Positions 6,293 through 15,937 of a DNA stretch of 64,000 bases are shown here, piece after piece. The stretch lies in IMG/VR virus record IMGVR_UViG_3300025470_000019, positions 1-64,000 of that record; one strand, written 5' to 3'. Under the pieces are notes generated by a model that worked only from the letters and a program-made list of their open reading frames with translations, was not told where the DNA came from and made no database searches. The DNA comes from a virus (lineage: Duplodnaviria > Caudoviricetes). The position numbers were made by a program, and so were the translations under genes. Position 1 is the stretch's first letter; each line of letters opens with the position of its first letter.

Positions 6293-7204
6293 ATGTGCAC
6301 AGTAGTTGCTAAACATTTTGACAAACTTGGATGGGTTATCGCTAAGAATCGCGACCAAGACTATGTTTCGGACATTTCCTTTGACGACAAAATCCACAAG
6401 AATGTCGGCGAAATTCTGATCCTCGATGACCATGATACTGGTTATAAAGAGGGAATGAATTACAAAGGTCTGACTATTATTACAGCCAGCCTCACTCCTA
6501 ATCTTGATGACGAAACTGATCGCGCGGACGGAACCAAAATCTACGATGCTCTTAAGTTAGAGACACCAGAGAAAGCTGCCGACTATCTCGTTAAGCATAA
6601 GCTGACTGGGTTCTTGTTTATCGCTAACTCTGATAAGTTTGTTTTGGTTGAAGCTGGTAGAACCAACGATGACAAGGGTGGCTATCATAGCAAAGTCAGA
6701 GTTGTTCCCAAGACGGAAATCGTTGTAAGAACAAACCATGGTGTCGATCTTGCTTGGGCTGGGTTCCAATATGGAATTGATGAGCAGCAAGATATCTGGA
6801 GAAAGTCGAGCGAGTCAAGAAAGAAGCTCGCCGAAAAGGTCGCCAAGACAGCAAAAGATCCTGTTGCACTTCTGGACGGTCTCGCCAGCAAAATGGTTGA
6901 CGACCTTCAGATGAACGTTTTCAGAATTGAGTCAAAGCCAAAGCAAATGAGAACTATCTTTCAGTGGGCTCTTATTCCTTCTAAAAATGTTGCCATCGTT
7001 CGACCAATTCAGTGCAAAATGAAAGTCAGAGTCAGTAAAGAAAAGATTAAGATTGACGTTCTTGACAATACTCTTATCAAGAAAACATATGACGGTAAAG
7101 TAAAGCATTTTTCGAAATTAAAGATTACGCAAAACAAAGATTATATTATGGCAGTGCAAGAGCAACTGTTGCGATTCAAGGAATTTATTGGAAATGACGT
7201 TTAA
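6293..7204 (+). CDS. N-terminal-nucleophile (Cys) hydrolase, C45/NRDE-like
   Basis: M-CT start, KNRD motif, GMN, RTNHG. Confidence 0.7.
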   Translation: MCTVVAKHFDKLGWVIAKNRDQDYVSDISFDDKIHKNVGEILILDDHDTGYKEGMNYKGLTIITASLTPNLDDETDRADGTKIYDALKLETPEKAADYLVKHKLTGFLFIANSDKFVLVEAGRTNDDKGGYHSKVRVVPKTEIVVRTNHGVDLAWAGFQYGIDEQQDIWRKSSESRKKLAEKVAKTAKDPVALLDGLASKMVDDLQMNVFRIESKPKQMRTIFQWALIPSKNVAIVRPIQCKMKVRVSKEKIKIDVLDNTLIKKTYDGKVKHFSKLKITQNKDYIMAVQEQLLRFKEFIGNDV

Positions 7205-7376
7205 ACAATGGCTAGATGAGCAAGAAGGTTTTGCTGGTCCTAGAATGTATAGGTTAATGGATGATATCAATTCTCCTGATCCTAAGTATAACGATATGAT
7301 TTTGAAATGGCTTGAAGCCGCATGGCAGGTCGGTCATGACCATGCTGTGTATAAAATTGCGGATGATTTGAAATGA
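7194..7376 (+). CDS. Hypothetical protein
   Basis: Coupled ORF in operon. Confidence 0.6.
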   Translation: MTFKQWLDEQEGFAGPRMYRLMDDINSPDPKYNDMILKWLEAAWQVGHDHAVYKIADDLK

Positions 7377-8068
7377 AAGCAAATATTGGACCATATCGAT
7401 ACGATATTATTCCCGTTCGTGGATGGGAACGTCGTTATGAAATGTGGCGAGGAGAAAGCTATTTCCTAAAGGAAGCTGATTATACTTGGTATGATAAGAT
7501 CGTCTTTGAAATCTTCGACAAGCTAGAAAACCTTGTCCGACCAATCAATCATTGGTCATATCGTCGCAAACGCAAAATTAAAATCCAAATTGATCGCTAT
7601 GATGTTTGGAGCGCAGATCACACTCTCGCGCTGATCATTCATCCTGTTCTTGTTGAGCTTAAGAAACAGAAACAGGGTTCGCCGAACGTTGACGATTCTG
7701 ATGTTCCTGATTATCTGAAGTCAACTGCATCTCCGCCGAAAGAAAATGAATGGGATACTGACAATAACCATCATGCTCGTTGGGAATATGTTCTTGATGA
7801 AATGATCTGGGCATTTGAACAGCATACTCACGATGATTGCAACGATCATCAATTCCATCACAATTCTGATCAGCTTGAAATGCTGTTCGTTCCTACTGGA
7901 GATGATAAACTCGATAGCAAGGGTATGAAATCTATTGAATTCAATCACCAGAAAGATCCTACCAAGCCTGCATATTATGTTGATGAAGAAGGAAAGAAAG
8001 CACATTATGAACGAATCGCAAACGGAAGACGGCTCTTCGCCAAATATTATCAAGCTCTCTGGGATTGA
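7373..8068 (+). CDS. Hypothetical protein, T4-like phage type
   Basis: DVWSADHTLALII...WEYVLDEMIWAF...G.RLFAKYY..LWD. Confidence 0.7.
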   Translation: MKANIGPYRYDIIPVRGWERRYEMWRGESYFLKEADYTWYDKIVFEIFDKLENLVRPINHWSYRRKRKIKIQIDRYDVWSADHTLALIIHPVLVELKKQKQGSPNVDDSDVPDYLKSTASPPKENEWDTDNNHHARWEYVLDEMIWAFEQHTHDDCNDHQFHHNSDQLEMLFVPTGDDKLDSKGMKSIEFNHQKDPTKPAYYVDEEGKKAHYERIANGRRLFAKYYQALWD

Positions 8069-8078
8069 AAAGGTAGAG

Positions 8079-8264
8079 ATGCCAGAGCACTTGTTTACTG
8101 GTTTTATTACACTTGCACCACCAAAGAAATCTGATTGGTCCGCTCAAGTGCTAGGGAACATATTCTTTACCCCGGACATGGGGAAGGAACCGAATTGGTT
8201 CCATCGTAAAATGCAAGAAATTTGTTTTGGAATCCGCTGGAGGAAGAACCAAAATGCTAAATAA
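8079..8264 (+). CDS. Hypothetical protein
   Basis: SD then ATG; EPNWFHRKMQEICFGIRW. Confidence 0.6.
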   Translation: MPEHLFTGFITLAPPKKSDWSAQVLGNIFFTPDMGKEPNWFHRKMQEICFGIRWRKNQNAK

Positions 8265-8282
8265 AACAGTGAAGGAGGGCTA

Positions 8283-8597
8283 ATGCCAGTCTACGAATTT
8301 TATAACACCGATACCACAGAACAGTGGACTGATATCATGTCATACGATGACATGAAAGCCTTTCTTGCCGAAAATCCACATATCAATCCAGTCTATTCCA
8401 TCAATATCGTTGGCGGACATGGCGATCGCGTAAAGACAGATGCTGGGATGGGCGATCTGCTTGGACGCATTGCTAGAGCAAATCCCACTTCACCATTAGC
8501 CGAAAAGCATGGTGATAAGGGTATAAGGGCGACCAAATCCCGTGAAGCGGTCAAGAAAGCCCAATCTCGTCATGGTATCTCAACTCAAACATCATAA
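8283..8597 (+). CDS. Conserved small phage protein (FmdB-like N-terminus)
   Basis: MPVYEFYNTDT...; SD GGAGG. Confidence 0.65.
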   Translation: MPVYEFYNTDTTEQWTDIMSYDDMKAFLAENPHINPVYSINIVGGHGDRVKTDAGMGDLLGRIARANPTSPLAEKHGDKGIRATKSREAVKKAQSRHGISTQTS

Positions 8598-8673
8598 GGA
8601 GGAATTTGCGACCAATTCCGTTTTCGTTATGATTAAGTGATTCCCATCAATCTCCTTTAATAAGGGGCAAAAC

Positions 8674-9477
8674 ATGAATCAAAACTTAATTTTCGATACA
8701 AATCCTGAAGATTATACGCCTACTCGCAAAGAAAGAAAAATGTCGAGAAAAGCCCAACAAAGGGCAAGGGCAAATAATGTAGTTCAATTTGACCGTGGTC
8801 GCCAACAACAAAGAGGTCTAGAACTAGAATCAATTAAACCAAAAACTGCCAATCAAAGAAAAACATTTAAGTTGTATGGAGAGAATAAAAATCTCCTGCT
8901 TCATGGAGTTCCTGGAAGTGGTAAGACCTTTATCAGTCTTTACCTCGCTCTGGATGAAATATTAAATCAAAATTCCGAAACATTAAATAAAGTCGTGATC
9001 ATTAGAAGTGCCCAATCTTCTAAAGGAATTGGATTCCTACCAGGAACAGCCAAGCAGAAGATGGAAGTCTACGAAACACCCTACTCGACAATCTGCTCAA
9101 AGCTCTTTGATCGAGGCGATGCTTATCAATGCCTGAAAAACAAAGGCATTATCGAGTTCGAGTCTACATCGTTTCTCCGCGGCACAACGATTGACGATTC
9201 TATCATCATCGTAGATGAGGTCCAGAATCTTCTACATTCCGAATGGCTAACAGTTCTAACTCGCGTTGGAGAAAATTCCAGGCTTATTTTATGTGGAGAC
9301 AGAAGGCAAGACGATCTAACATCAAAACGATACAACGAGGAATCTGGAATAGAAAGCCTAATGAAGGTCTGTTCCAAAATATCTTCAATGTCAACAATTC
9401 AATTTGAGGTCGATGATATTGTCAGAAGTGGTTTTGCCAAAGAAGTCATTATGGCAATGATAGAATGTGGAATGTGA
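8674..9477 (+). CDS. phoH: PhoH-family ATPase
   Basis: GVPGSGKT Walker A, FLPG, FLRGTT, IVDEVQN, CGD..QDD, DDIVRSG. Confidence 0.95.
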   Translation: MNQNLIFDTNPEDYTPTRKERKMSRKAQQRARANNVVQFDRGRQQQRGLELESIKPKTANQRKTFKLYGENKNLLLHGVPGSGKTFISLYLALDEILNQNSETLNKVVIIRSAQSSKGIGFLPGTAKQKMEVYETPYSTICSKLFDRGDAYQCLKNKGIIEFESTSFLRGTTIDDSIIIVDEVQNLLHSEWLTVLTRVGENSRLILCGDRRQDDLTSKRYNEESGIESLMKVCSKISSMSTIQFEVDDIVRSGFAKEVIMAMIECGM

Positions 9478-9532
9478 CATAACACTTCTCTTGAAAAGGT
9501 AAGTTTTATAAATAGTGCATAGGAGAGATTTT

Positions 9533-10228
9533 ATGCACTATTTTTTTATATACAAAACAACAAATACTATAAACGGCAAATATTACATAGGCAAACACGA
9601 GACTGACAACATGGATGACGGATATCTTGGTTCGGGCATACAGTTGAATAGAGCCGTAAAAAAATATGGCAAAAAACAATTTGTGAGAGAAATATTATAT
9701 TATTGTAATAACAGCGAAGAGTTGTCTTCACTCGAATCAAAAATCGTTGATGAAGAGATTGTTCTTGATCCTCTGTCTTATAATATTGCACTCGGAGGCA
9801 AAGGAGGATGCATTGTTCTAAAAGAACATCATCCACTTAGAGATGCAGTTCTAGATAAAATGAGAAAAACTGTTAGATCGGAAGAACACAGAAATAAACT
9901 ATCAGAACAAACAAAAAAATTACACGAAACAAAACGTGTAGGAATGTACGGCAAAAAACAAACACAAAAACAAAAAGACACGGTTTCCGAAATGATGCGC
10001 GGAAAGAAAAAAACAACAGAAACCGTAGAAAAAATGAAAATGTCAATAAGCAAAACATTCGCAGATCCAAATTATGTGCATCCAAATAGAGGCAGACAGA
10101 GAGAAGATGCGAAGCAATTGGTCAAAAAAATACATTCAGAATCTCACGTTTGTCCTCACTGCGGAACTAATATGATAGGACCTAACTATTTTCGTTATCA
10201 CGGCGATAAATGTAAAAAAATGGCTTGA
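9533..10228 (+). CDS. GIY-YIG (Seg-like) homing endonuclease
   Basis: FIYKTTNTINGKYYIGKH...GYLGSG; TATAAATA at 9507-9514. Confidence 0.9.
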   Translation: MHYFFIYKTTNTINGKYYIGKHETDNMDDGYLGSGIQLNRAVKKYGKKQFVREILYYCNNSEELSSLESKIVDEEIVLDPLSYNIALGGKGGCIVLKEHHPLRDAVLDKMRKTVRSEEHRNKLSEQTKKLHETKRVGMYGKKQTQKQKDTVSEMMRGKKKTTETVEKMKMSISKTFADPNYVHPNRGRQREDAKQLVKKIHSESHVCPHCGTNMIGPNYFRYHGDKCKKMA

Positions 10229-10252
10229 CAATATTAAGGGGAGTGTTATACT
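10225..10252 (+). promoter_or_regulatory. Sigma70-like promoter TTGACA-16-TATACT
   Basis: Consensus-like hexamers before the exonuclease fragment. Confidence 0.5.
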
Positions 10253-10269
10253 CCAGGTGTAGCTCAATG

Positions 10270-10400
10270 ATATGGAATAATATGTTTAACCTTGACCTGA
10301 TTGAATTCGCTCCCCTTAACCGAATCGACGGTGCTGACCGACTGTATGAGACCCCTGGTGGTTCTTATCCTTCGGTCACCACTGTCCTTGATAAGACCAA
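10270..10400 (+). pseudogene. 5' fragment of a second exonuclease allele
   Basis: MFNLDLIEF...YETPGGSYPSVTTVLDKTK resembles intact MFELNLIEF...YTTPEGNVYPSVTNVLSKTK. Confidence 0.8.
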
Positions 10401-10646
10401 AACCTTTCTTATCAAGAACTCAAAACAGTACTGACTCGCGTTGGCGATAACTCAAGAATCGTGATTTGTGGAGACATAAATCAGGACGATTTGACGAGCA
10501 CTAGATATAACGAGGAATCGGGACTGTCTTCTATTATGAAAGTTCTTGAAAGAATCCCTTCGATGGCTAAAGTTGACTTTGAGGTTCAGGACATTGTTCG
10601 TTCTGGATTCGTCAAAGAATTTATTATTGCGGAGTTGCAACTATAG
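10398..10646 (+). pseudogene. phoH: Displaced 3' fragment of a second phoH allele
   Basis: QNLSYQELKTVLTRVGDNSRIVICGDINQDDL...QDIVRSGFVKEFI, no start codon. Confidence 0.85.
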
Positions 10647-10679
10647 CTTTACTTTTTATCCAAACTACGTTAGAATGAT
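10646..10679 (+). promoter_or_regulatory. Early-type promoter (variant copy)
   Basis: GCTTTAC...TTAGAATG matches the recurring motif. Confidence 0.6.
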
Positions 10680-10682
10680 TTT

Positions 10683-11342
10683 ATGTTTGAATTGAATCTG
10701 ATTGAATTTGAAGAAATTACTGTCCAAGCTACGACCGAGGGGAGAAAATATACAACTCCGGAAGGAAATGTATACCCCTCGGTCACTAACGTTCTAAGCA
10801 AGACCAAGGACATGACTGGCTTGATGGAATGGCGAAAGGCTGTCGGAGACGAAGCTGCCAATCGTGAAATGAATCGTGCTGCCAGTCGAGGCAACGGTCT
10901 CCACCTTCTATGCGAACGATTCATTCAGAATGAAGAGATCGATCTTCGTCACGAACTGCCTGTGCCAGTCCAGCTGTTCACTCAGCTTCGCCCAATCCTA
11001 AAGCGATTTGTCAATAACATTCGAGGGATCGAGTCGCCTCTCTACTCGGATTTTCTAAAGGTCGCTGGTCGTGTTGACTTGATTGCCGACTTTGATGGCG
11101 TTCGTGCTATCGTTGACTACAAGTCAAGCAACAACCCCAAACAAAAAGATTGGATTGAAGATTATTTCATCCAGACATCGATGTATTCCGTCATGTTTGA
11201 GGAGCGAACCAAGCTCCCAGTCCCAAGGCTCGCCATCCTGATAGCCAACGAGACAGGCGGAAAGCCATCAGTCTTCGTTGAGAAGCGTGACAATTTTATC
11301 AACAAAGCGATCGATCGGATTCATGAATATAGCAGATTGTAG
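10683..11342 (+). CDS. PD-(D/E)XK exonuclease of T4-like phages
   Basis: YPSVT, RGNGLH, AGRVDLIA, IVDYKSS, YFIQ. Confidence 0.88.
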   Translation: MFELNLIEFEEITVQATTEGRKYTTPEGNVYPSVTNVLSKTKDMTGLMEWRKAVGDEAANREMNRAASRGNGLHLLCERFIQNEEIDLRHELPVPVQLFTQLRPILKRFVNNIRGIESPLYSDFLKVAGRVDLIADFDGVRAIVDYKSSNNPKQKDWIEDYFIQTSMYSVMFEERTKLPVPRLAILIANETGGKPSVFVEKRDNFINKAIDRIHEYSRL

Positions 11343-11349
11343 CAGAAAG

Positions 11350-11385
11350 TGCTTTCCTTTTTTTCAAATCTAGGGTAGAATGAAT
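11350..11385 (+). promoter_or_regulatory. Early-type promoter
   Basis: TGCTTTCC-TTTTTTTCAAATCTAGGG-TAGAATGAAT. Confidence 0.75.
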
Positions 11386-11589
11386 AATAAGGAATGGAGT
11401 TTCTTCGTGAAAGAAAATTTTGTCGTTAACTTCTTCGTGAACAAAGACGGTCTAAATAGCCGCATGACTCTTCAAGGCACTCGTTCTATCCATCTCTCTA
11501 ACGCAACCTCGGATTTCGCTGTGCAGGCATACCTCCAGCGGACTTATCCTAATTCTACAATTACTATCAATGACATCCAATGGAGGTAA
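11380..11589 (+). CDS. Hypothetical early protein
   Basis: ORF directly after promoter; start uncertain. Confidence 0.55.
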   Translation: MNNKEWSFFVKENFVVNFFVNKDGLNSRMTLQGTRSIHLSNATSDFAVQAYLQRTYPNSTITINDIQWR

Positions 11590-11591
11590 TT

Positions 11592-11720
11592 ATGGAAAAT
11601 CGTAATCCTGTTGCTGGCAACGCTTGGCGCTACAACAAGCGTCAGATTATCCCGAACAAGAAAATTGAACCTAAGCAGAAGCACGCAAAGCGAGTGCTTG
11701 ACGAACTAATGGAGTATTGA
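11592..11720 (+). CDS. Small basic hypothetical protein (42 aa)
   Basis: SD GGAGG; MENRNPVAGNAWRYNKR...; below ORF-track cutoff. Confidence 0.55.
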   Translation: MENRNPVAGNAWRYNKRQIIPNKKIEPKQKHAKRVLDELMEY

Positions 11721-12224
11721 ATGTCTTATGTGATTTACGGCAAGGAAAATTGCCCATTTTGCGAACGAGCCAAGCGTCTTCTTGACTCAAAGGGTCTTGA
11801 ATATTCATACCTGACTCTGGGTGTGGACTACGATCGCGAGGAACTTCTCGAGATGGCTCCGAATGCCAGGACTGTGCCGCAGGTTTGGCAGATCGATCGT
11901 GCGACCGAGCATAGTGAAGAATGGACGTATGTTGGTGGTTTTGTAGAACTGGAAAGGTCTTTTATGAATGAAATTGAAGCTGTGCTTAACGAAGGTCACA
12001 CCGTTCAGGTGACATTTACCAAGGCTGATGGCACCGAGCGCACTATGCTTTGCACCAAGGATCCTGAAGTCATCGCTGAGCATGTCACTCCTACTGAAAA
12101 GAAGACTGATCGCGTTTATACGCCAGCTGAGGGTGTTGTGTCTGTGTTTGATCTCGAGAAGCTCGGCTATCGCAGCTTCCGTCTTGACAGCGTCAAGCAT
12201 TATTCTATTGTTGAGGAAGTTTAA
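11721..12224 (+). CDS. nrdC: Glutaredoxin fused to SH3/WYL-like beta-barrel domain
   Basis: CPFC, TVPQ, YVGGF; then VTFTKADGTERTMLCT...VFDLEKLGYRSFR. Confidence 0.8.
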   Translation: MSYVIYGKENCPFCERAKRLLDSKGLEYSYLTLGVDYDREELLEMAPNARTVPQVWQIDRATEHSEEWTYVGGFVELERSFMNEIEAVLNEGHTVQVTFTKADGTERTMLCTKDPEVIAEHVTPTEKKTDRVYTPAEGVVSVFDLEKLGYRSFRLDSVKHYSIVEEV

Positions 12225-12382
12225 TGCTTCAGCCACTAACCCGATGGGAACACATTCGGGCAGTGATTGCCAAGTGGATTGTTGTTAATGTTGCTAGTCG
12301 AATCAGCGCCATGGCTGTTTTGGCTTTATGTTTAGAAGTTTCCAGAACTTATATGGAACAGATTGAGGTGCAAGATGACTAA
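12224..12382 (+). CDS. Small hypothetical protein
   Basis: TAATG-coupled 52-aa ORF. Confidence 0.5.
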   Translation: MLQPLTRWEHIRAVIAKWIVVNVASRISAMAVLALCLEVSRTYMEQIEVQDD

Positions 12383-12749
12383 TTTTGAAATGGTTCGTGA
12401 GTTTATGTTGAAGTTCGGGCAAGAGGTTAAGACCAGCCCAGAACTGCCGAGCAAGGAAGTTCAACAGCTTCGTCTTGAGTTGATTGCTGAAGAGCTCAAT
12501 GAGCTTTGGGATGCTCTTGAGGATAATGATATTGTTGAGGTGGCCGACGCTCTGACTGATATTCTTTATGTGACTTATGGCGCAGGTCTTGCTTTCGGCA
12601 TTGACCTCGACAAGTGTTTCGCCGAAGTCCAGCGCAGCAATATGACCAAGCTGGGTGCTGATGGTAACCCGATCTATCGTGAAGATGGCAAGACCATCAA
12701 GGGACCGAACTACGAGCCGCCTAACCTGAAAGACATTATCAATGGCTAA
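12375..12749 (+). CDS. MazG-like NTP pyrophosphohydrolase
   Basis: LIAEELNEL...VADALTDILYV...EVQRSNMTK...GKTIKGPNY. Confidence 0.88.
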   Translation: MTNFEMVREFMLKFGQEVKTSPELPSKEVQQLRLELIAEELNELWDALEDNDIVEVADALTDILYVTYGAGLAFGIDLDKCFAEVQRSNMTKLGADGNPIYREDGKTIKGPNYEPPNLKDIING

Positions 12750-13713
12750 GGCTCTTGTAACTGGCGCGAATGGATTTATCGGTCGAGTCCTGTGTGTCAT
12801 TCTGAAAGAACATGGTTGGCAGGTTATTGCTAACGACATCAATGGTCCAGCTGAGGTTCCTTCTTGGCTGGACATCGATGCTGGTGATTATTTTCATATT
12901 GGCTCTTATGATCATCCTCGGCTGTATCTTGGCCAGAATTATGACGCCATCTTCCACCTTGGCGCAGACAGTCTTCTTGGTCCATCGGTAAAGAATCCTC
13001 TGAAATATTATCGTAACAACGTCGGCGAGATGGCCACCATGCTCGACAACGTAGTCAACTCAGGCTTCAAGGGTGCGTTCATCTTCGCTTCTTCGGCTGC
13101 GACCTATGGCGATCTTGAATCTAGGCATGGTCTGGAAGAATGGGAAGCTGGTGAGCCGATCAATCCATACGGTTCTACCAAGTGGGTTGGCGAGATGATG
13201 CTTCGCGAATCGTGTGCAGCTTATGGTCTGAAGGCATATGCAATGCGGTTCTTCAATGTCGCTGGTGCGTATAAGAATCGTGGTCAGAATCCTGATCAGC
13301 CGCATATTCTGACCAAAATGGCTATGGCTTCTTTGGCAGATGAGACGTTCTATATCAACGGAAACAAGTATCATACAACTGATGGCACTTGCGTTCGTGA
13401 TTATATCCACGTGGCTGATGTTTGCTCTGCTCTGATCGCTGCAGCAGAAACACTATATAATAAGCCTGAAGGTGAATATGACACCTTCAATGTCTGCAGC
13501 GGCGACTCAATCTCAAACCAAGAACTGGCTGAATTGTTCGTCGAAAAATATCCTCTCAGATATGATTACAAAGATGGGCGTCCTGGTGATCCGGGATATC
13601 TCATTGGCGACGCATACAAGCTATCGCAGCTTTGGGTGGATGGTCCTCGCTTCGACATCAACGACATTATCACCGATCATTATGAATATATCAAAGGACA
13701 ACTACAAAAATGA
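12742..13713 (+). CDS. galE: NDP-sugar epimerase, GalE-like
   Basis: GANGFIG, ASSAATYG, YGSTK, RFFNVAG, DGTCVRDYIHV, GRPGDP. Confidence 0.9.
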   Translation: MAKALVTGANGFIGRVLCVILKEHGWQVIANDINGPAEVPSWLDIDAGDYFHIGSYDHPRLYLGQNYDAIFHLGADSLLGPSVKNPLKYYRNNVGEMATMLDNVVNSGFKGAFIFASSAATYGDLESRHGLEEWEAGEPINPYGSTKWVGEMMLRESCAAYGLKAYAMRFFNVAGAYKNRGQNPDQPHILTKMAMASLADETFYINGNKYHTTDGTCVRDYIHVADVCSALIAAAETLYNKPEGEYDTFNVCSGDSISNQELAELFVEKYPLRYDYKDGRPGDPGYLIGDAYKLSQLWVDGPRFDINDIITDHYEYIKGQLQK

Positions 13714-14714
13714 GCATTTGGGAACGTAACGAACAGAATGCCAACTCTCAGGGTGGCACAGAAAAGATGATGGAAGGGATTATTTCGCGACTTGATCCCA
13801 AGTATCACGATAAGTTTCAGATTATTCCTTCGCGAGTCCGCGAACTAGCTGACGATCGAATTCGAATCTATCACCTTCACGATCTTCCTTGGGATCCTGA
13901 GACAAGTCACCTTCAGGATGAAAACAGCCGCAATCGTTTTCATAAGATCGTTTACTGCGGAAATTGGCAGATGAATATGTATCAGCATATTCTGAAGATT
14001 CCACAGAACCAGAAGACTTGTGTGATCGATACGGCAATTGATCCATTCCCCGCTGAAGTTGTCAACAAGAGCGACCCGAAGGACGAAATCCGCTTGGTTT
14101 ATACCAGCACTCCTCAGCGTGGTCTCTCGCTTCTTGTTCCTGTTTTTGAAGAGCTATGTAAGAAGCACGATAACCTTGTGCTTGACGTATTCTCGAGCTT
14201 CTCGATCTATGGTTGGCCAGACGCTGACAAGCAATTCGAGGAACTGTTTGATCGTTGCCGCGATAATCCGAATATCAACTATCATGGGTTTGCTCCGAAC
14301 GAAGTTGTTCGCGAAACGGTCGGTAAGGCTCACATCTTCTCATATCCTTCGATTTGGCCAGAATGCAACAGCCGTTCGCTGATCGAAGCCATGTCGGCTG
14401 GTTGCCTTTGCGTCCACCCGAACTATGCTGGATTGACCGATACCTCGGGCAGCATCACTGGACAATATCAGTGGGATCAGGACGTCAACGTCCATGCAAA
14501 CATGTTCTATACGGTTATGGATGACGCAATCACTCGTCTGCGTAGTGGTGTTGATATGGTGCCATATCTTCATTTTCAGAAAACATATGCTGACTATCGC
14601 TACAACTGGGATCGTATTGGCGCTCAGTGGAATGCACTGTGTGAATCTCTGCTGAATGAATATGAAGGAAAGAGTTTGGCAATTCCTGCCGCGAAATTTA
14701 TCTATAGGACATAG
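13710..14714 (+). CDS. GT-B (GT4-like) glycosyltransferase
   Basis: GGTE, YTSTPQRGL, YPSIWPE...EAMSAGC. Confidence 0.88.
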   Translation: MSIWERNEQNANSQGGTEKMMEGIISRLDPKYHDKFQIIPSRVRELADDRIRIYHLHDLPWDPETSHLQDENSRNRFHKIVYCGNWQMNMYQHILKIPQNQKTCVIDTAIDPFPAEVVNKSDPKDEIRLVYTSTPQRGLSLLVPVFEELCKKHDNLVLDVFSSFSIYGWPDADKQFEELFDRCRDNPNINYHGFAPNEVVRETVGKAHIFSYPSIWPECNSRSLIEAMSAGCLCVHPNYAGLTDTSGSITGQYQWDQDVNVHANMFYTVMDDAITRLRSGVDMVPYLHFQKTYADYRYNWDRIGAQWNALCESLLNEYEGKSLAIPAAKFIYRT

Positions 14715-14718
14715 TGAT

Positions 14719-14931
14719 ATGTATACCGTTAAACTTGATGGCGAACAGGTTAATCGCATTGTATTGAATGAGTTGAAGGATTCAAGAAAATCTTTCATCG
14801 TTGATCTTAATTCAGAAAATGCCAATATTTTCTATTGGGAAGAACCTGAAAAGGATAAGGCGGAGATTCAGCGCCACATCGATGCGCTTGATCTTCTTAT
14901 TGAATGGTTTCATATTCCTGGAGAAGAATGA
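14719..14931 (+). CDS. Hypothetical protein
   Basis: ORF in operon. Confidence 0.55.
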   Translation: MYTVKLDGEQVNRIVLNELKDSRKSFIVDLNSENANIFYWEEPEKDKAEIQRHIDALDLLIEWFHIPGEE

Positions 14932-15239
14932 TGGCATATTCGTTGCGTAGAACTCGTGATGGTGCTGGTGACTCTGGTCAAATGAGCAATGCTGTAACGT
15001 TTGTTCGAGATGAAAATGGAAGAGTGATCGATAAAACTGTCCACCATGATTCTGCACCAATGGTCGGAGCTGCAATGGTCGTTGGTTCGCATTATGCTCG
15101 CTCTTTCTCTGCGCAGGACTGGTGGCAGACTACGCCAATTACGGAAATTCTTGAGGAGCGAACTGACCCTGAGGATCCCAATTTCCTCTATGTTCGTTTC
15201 AAGACTGGCAACTCTGAATATGAATGGACAAGATTTTGA
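14928..15239 (+). CDS. Hypothetical protein
   Basis: ORF in operon; DWWQTTPITEI. Confidence 0.6.
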   Translation: MMAYSLRRTRDGAGDSGQMSNAVTFVRDENGRVIDKTVHHDSAPMVGAAMVVGSHYARSFSAQDWWQTTPITEILEERTDPEDPNFLYVRFKTGNSEYEWTRF

Positions 15240-15241
15240 TC

Positions 15242-15937
15242 TTAGCTAACAAATGTCCAACCTTTATGTTGCTTTTGCTTTCCTAGTATGACATACATTA
15301 ATTCTTTTGATCCTACTCCAGAATATTGATTAGATAATTCTGATCGTTTGCCAATAAAGATTCCGTGTTTTTCATGGAAAAACTTGTATATGGTTTCGTC
15401 TCTAGAAGGATTATTCAATTTCTTTTGTTCTGAAAATTCTTTACGCCGATCATCAGTCCAACTCGCGCGCATAGCCGATTTTGTCGATTCGGATTTACGA
15501 TTTCTGTTAATGGTCAAAGCTCTTTTTGCCTTTTCCTTATCAGATTGCGTCCTTCTTAGACCAAAGGTAGGAGAGAGTTCTCCGGACCTACCAAACATAG
15601 GGTTGCATTCTCCCGATCTATCGAAATGTTTTCTGTGGGGAAATTTCTTGCCTTTGGCGCAAGGAGGCATTCCGCCTCCAGCCACAATATTCCACCCAAT
15701 ATTATCGGTCGGTCTTAAATAAAATTCTAATTTTTTTGCTTGATCTTCTGACAAATTTTCTTGCACGATCTTCATCTCTGCGCCTCTTTTGAGCGCAGAT
15801 TTAACTTTAAAATTAGACTTTGATTGTTTGTGTTCGATTAAACGACGAGTTGGATTTTTACTTATACCAACATAACCGTCAGTTTGAATATTTTCGTGTT
15901 CTGGATAATGTATCCAATATACGCTATAAATAGTCAT
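15242..15937 (-). CDS. GIY-YIG homing endonuclease, antisense to neighbours
   Basis: YSVYWIH...GYVGISKNPTRRLIEH; NPMFG NUMOD motif. Confidence 0.88.
   Translation of the reverse strand: MTIYSVYWIHYPEHENIQTDGYVGISKNPTRRLIEHKQSKSNFKVKSALKRGAEMKIVQENLSEDQAKKLEFYLRPTDNIGWNIVAGGGMPPCAKGKKFPHRKHFDRSGECNPMFGRSGELSPTFGLRRTQSDKEKAKRALTINRNRKSESTKSAMRASWTDDRRKEFSEQKKLNNPSRDETIYKFFHEKHGIFIGKRSELSNQYSGVGSKELMYVILGKQKQHKGWTFVS

Noticed and set aside
12303-12875. 190-aa minus-strand ORF
   Set aside because: Antisense shadow of the MazG-like and epimerase genes.
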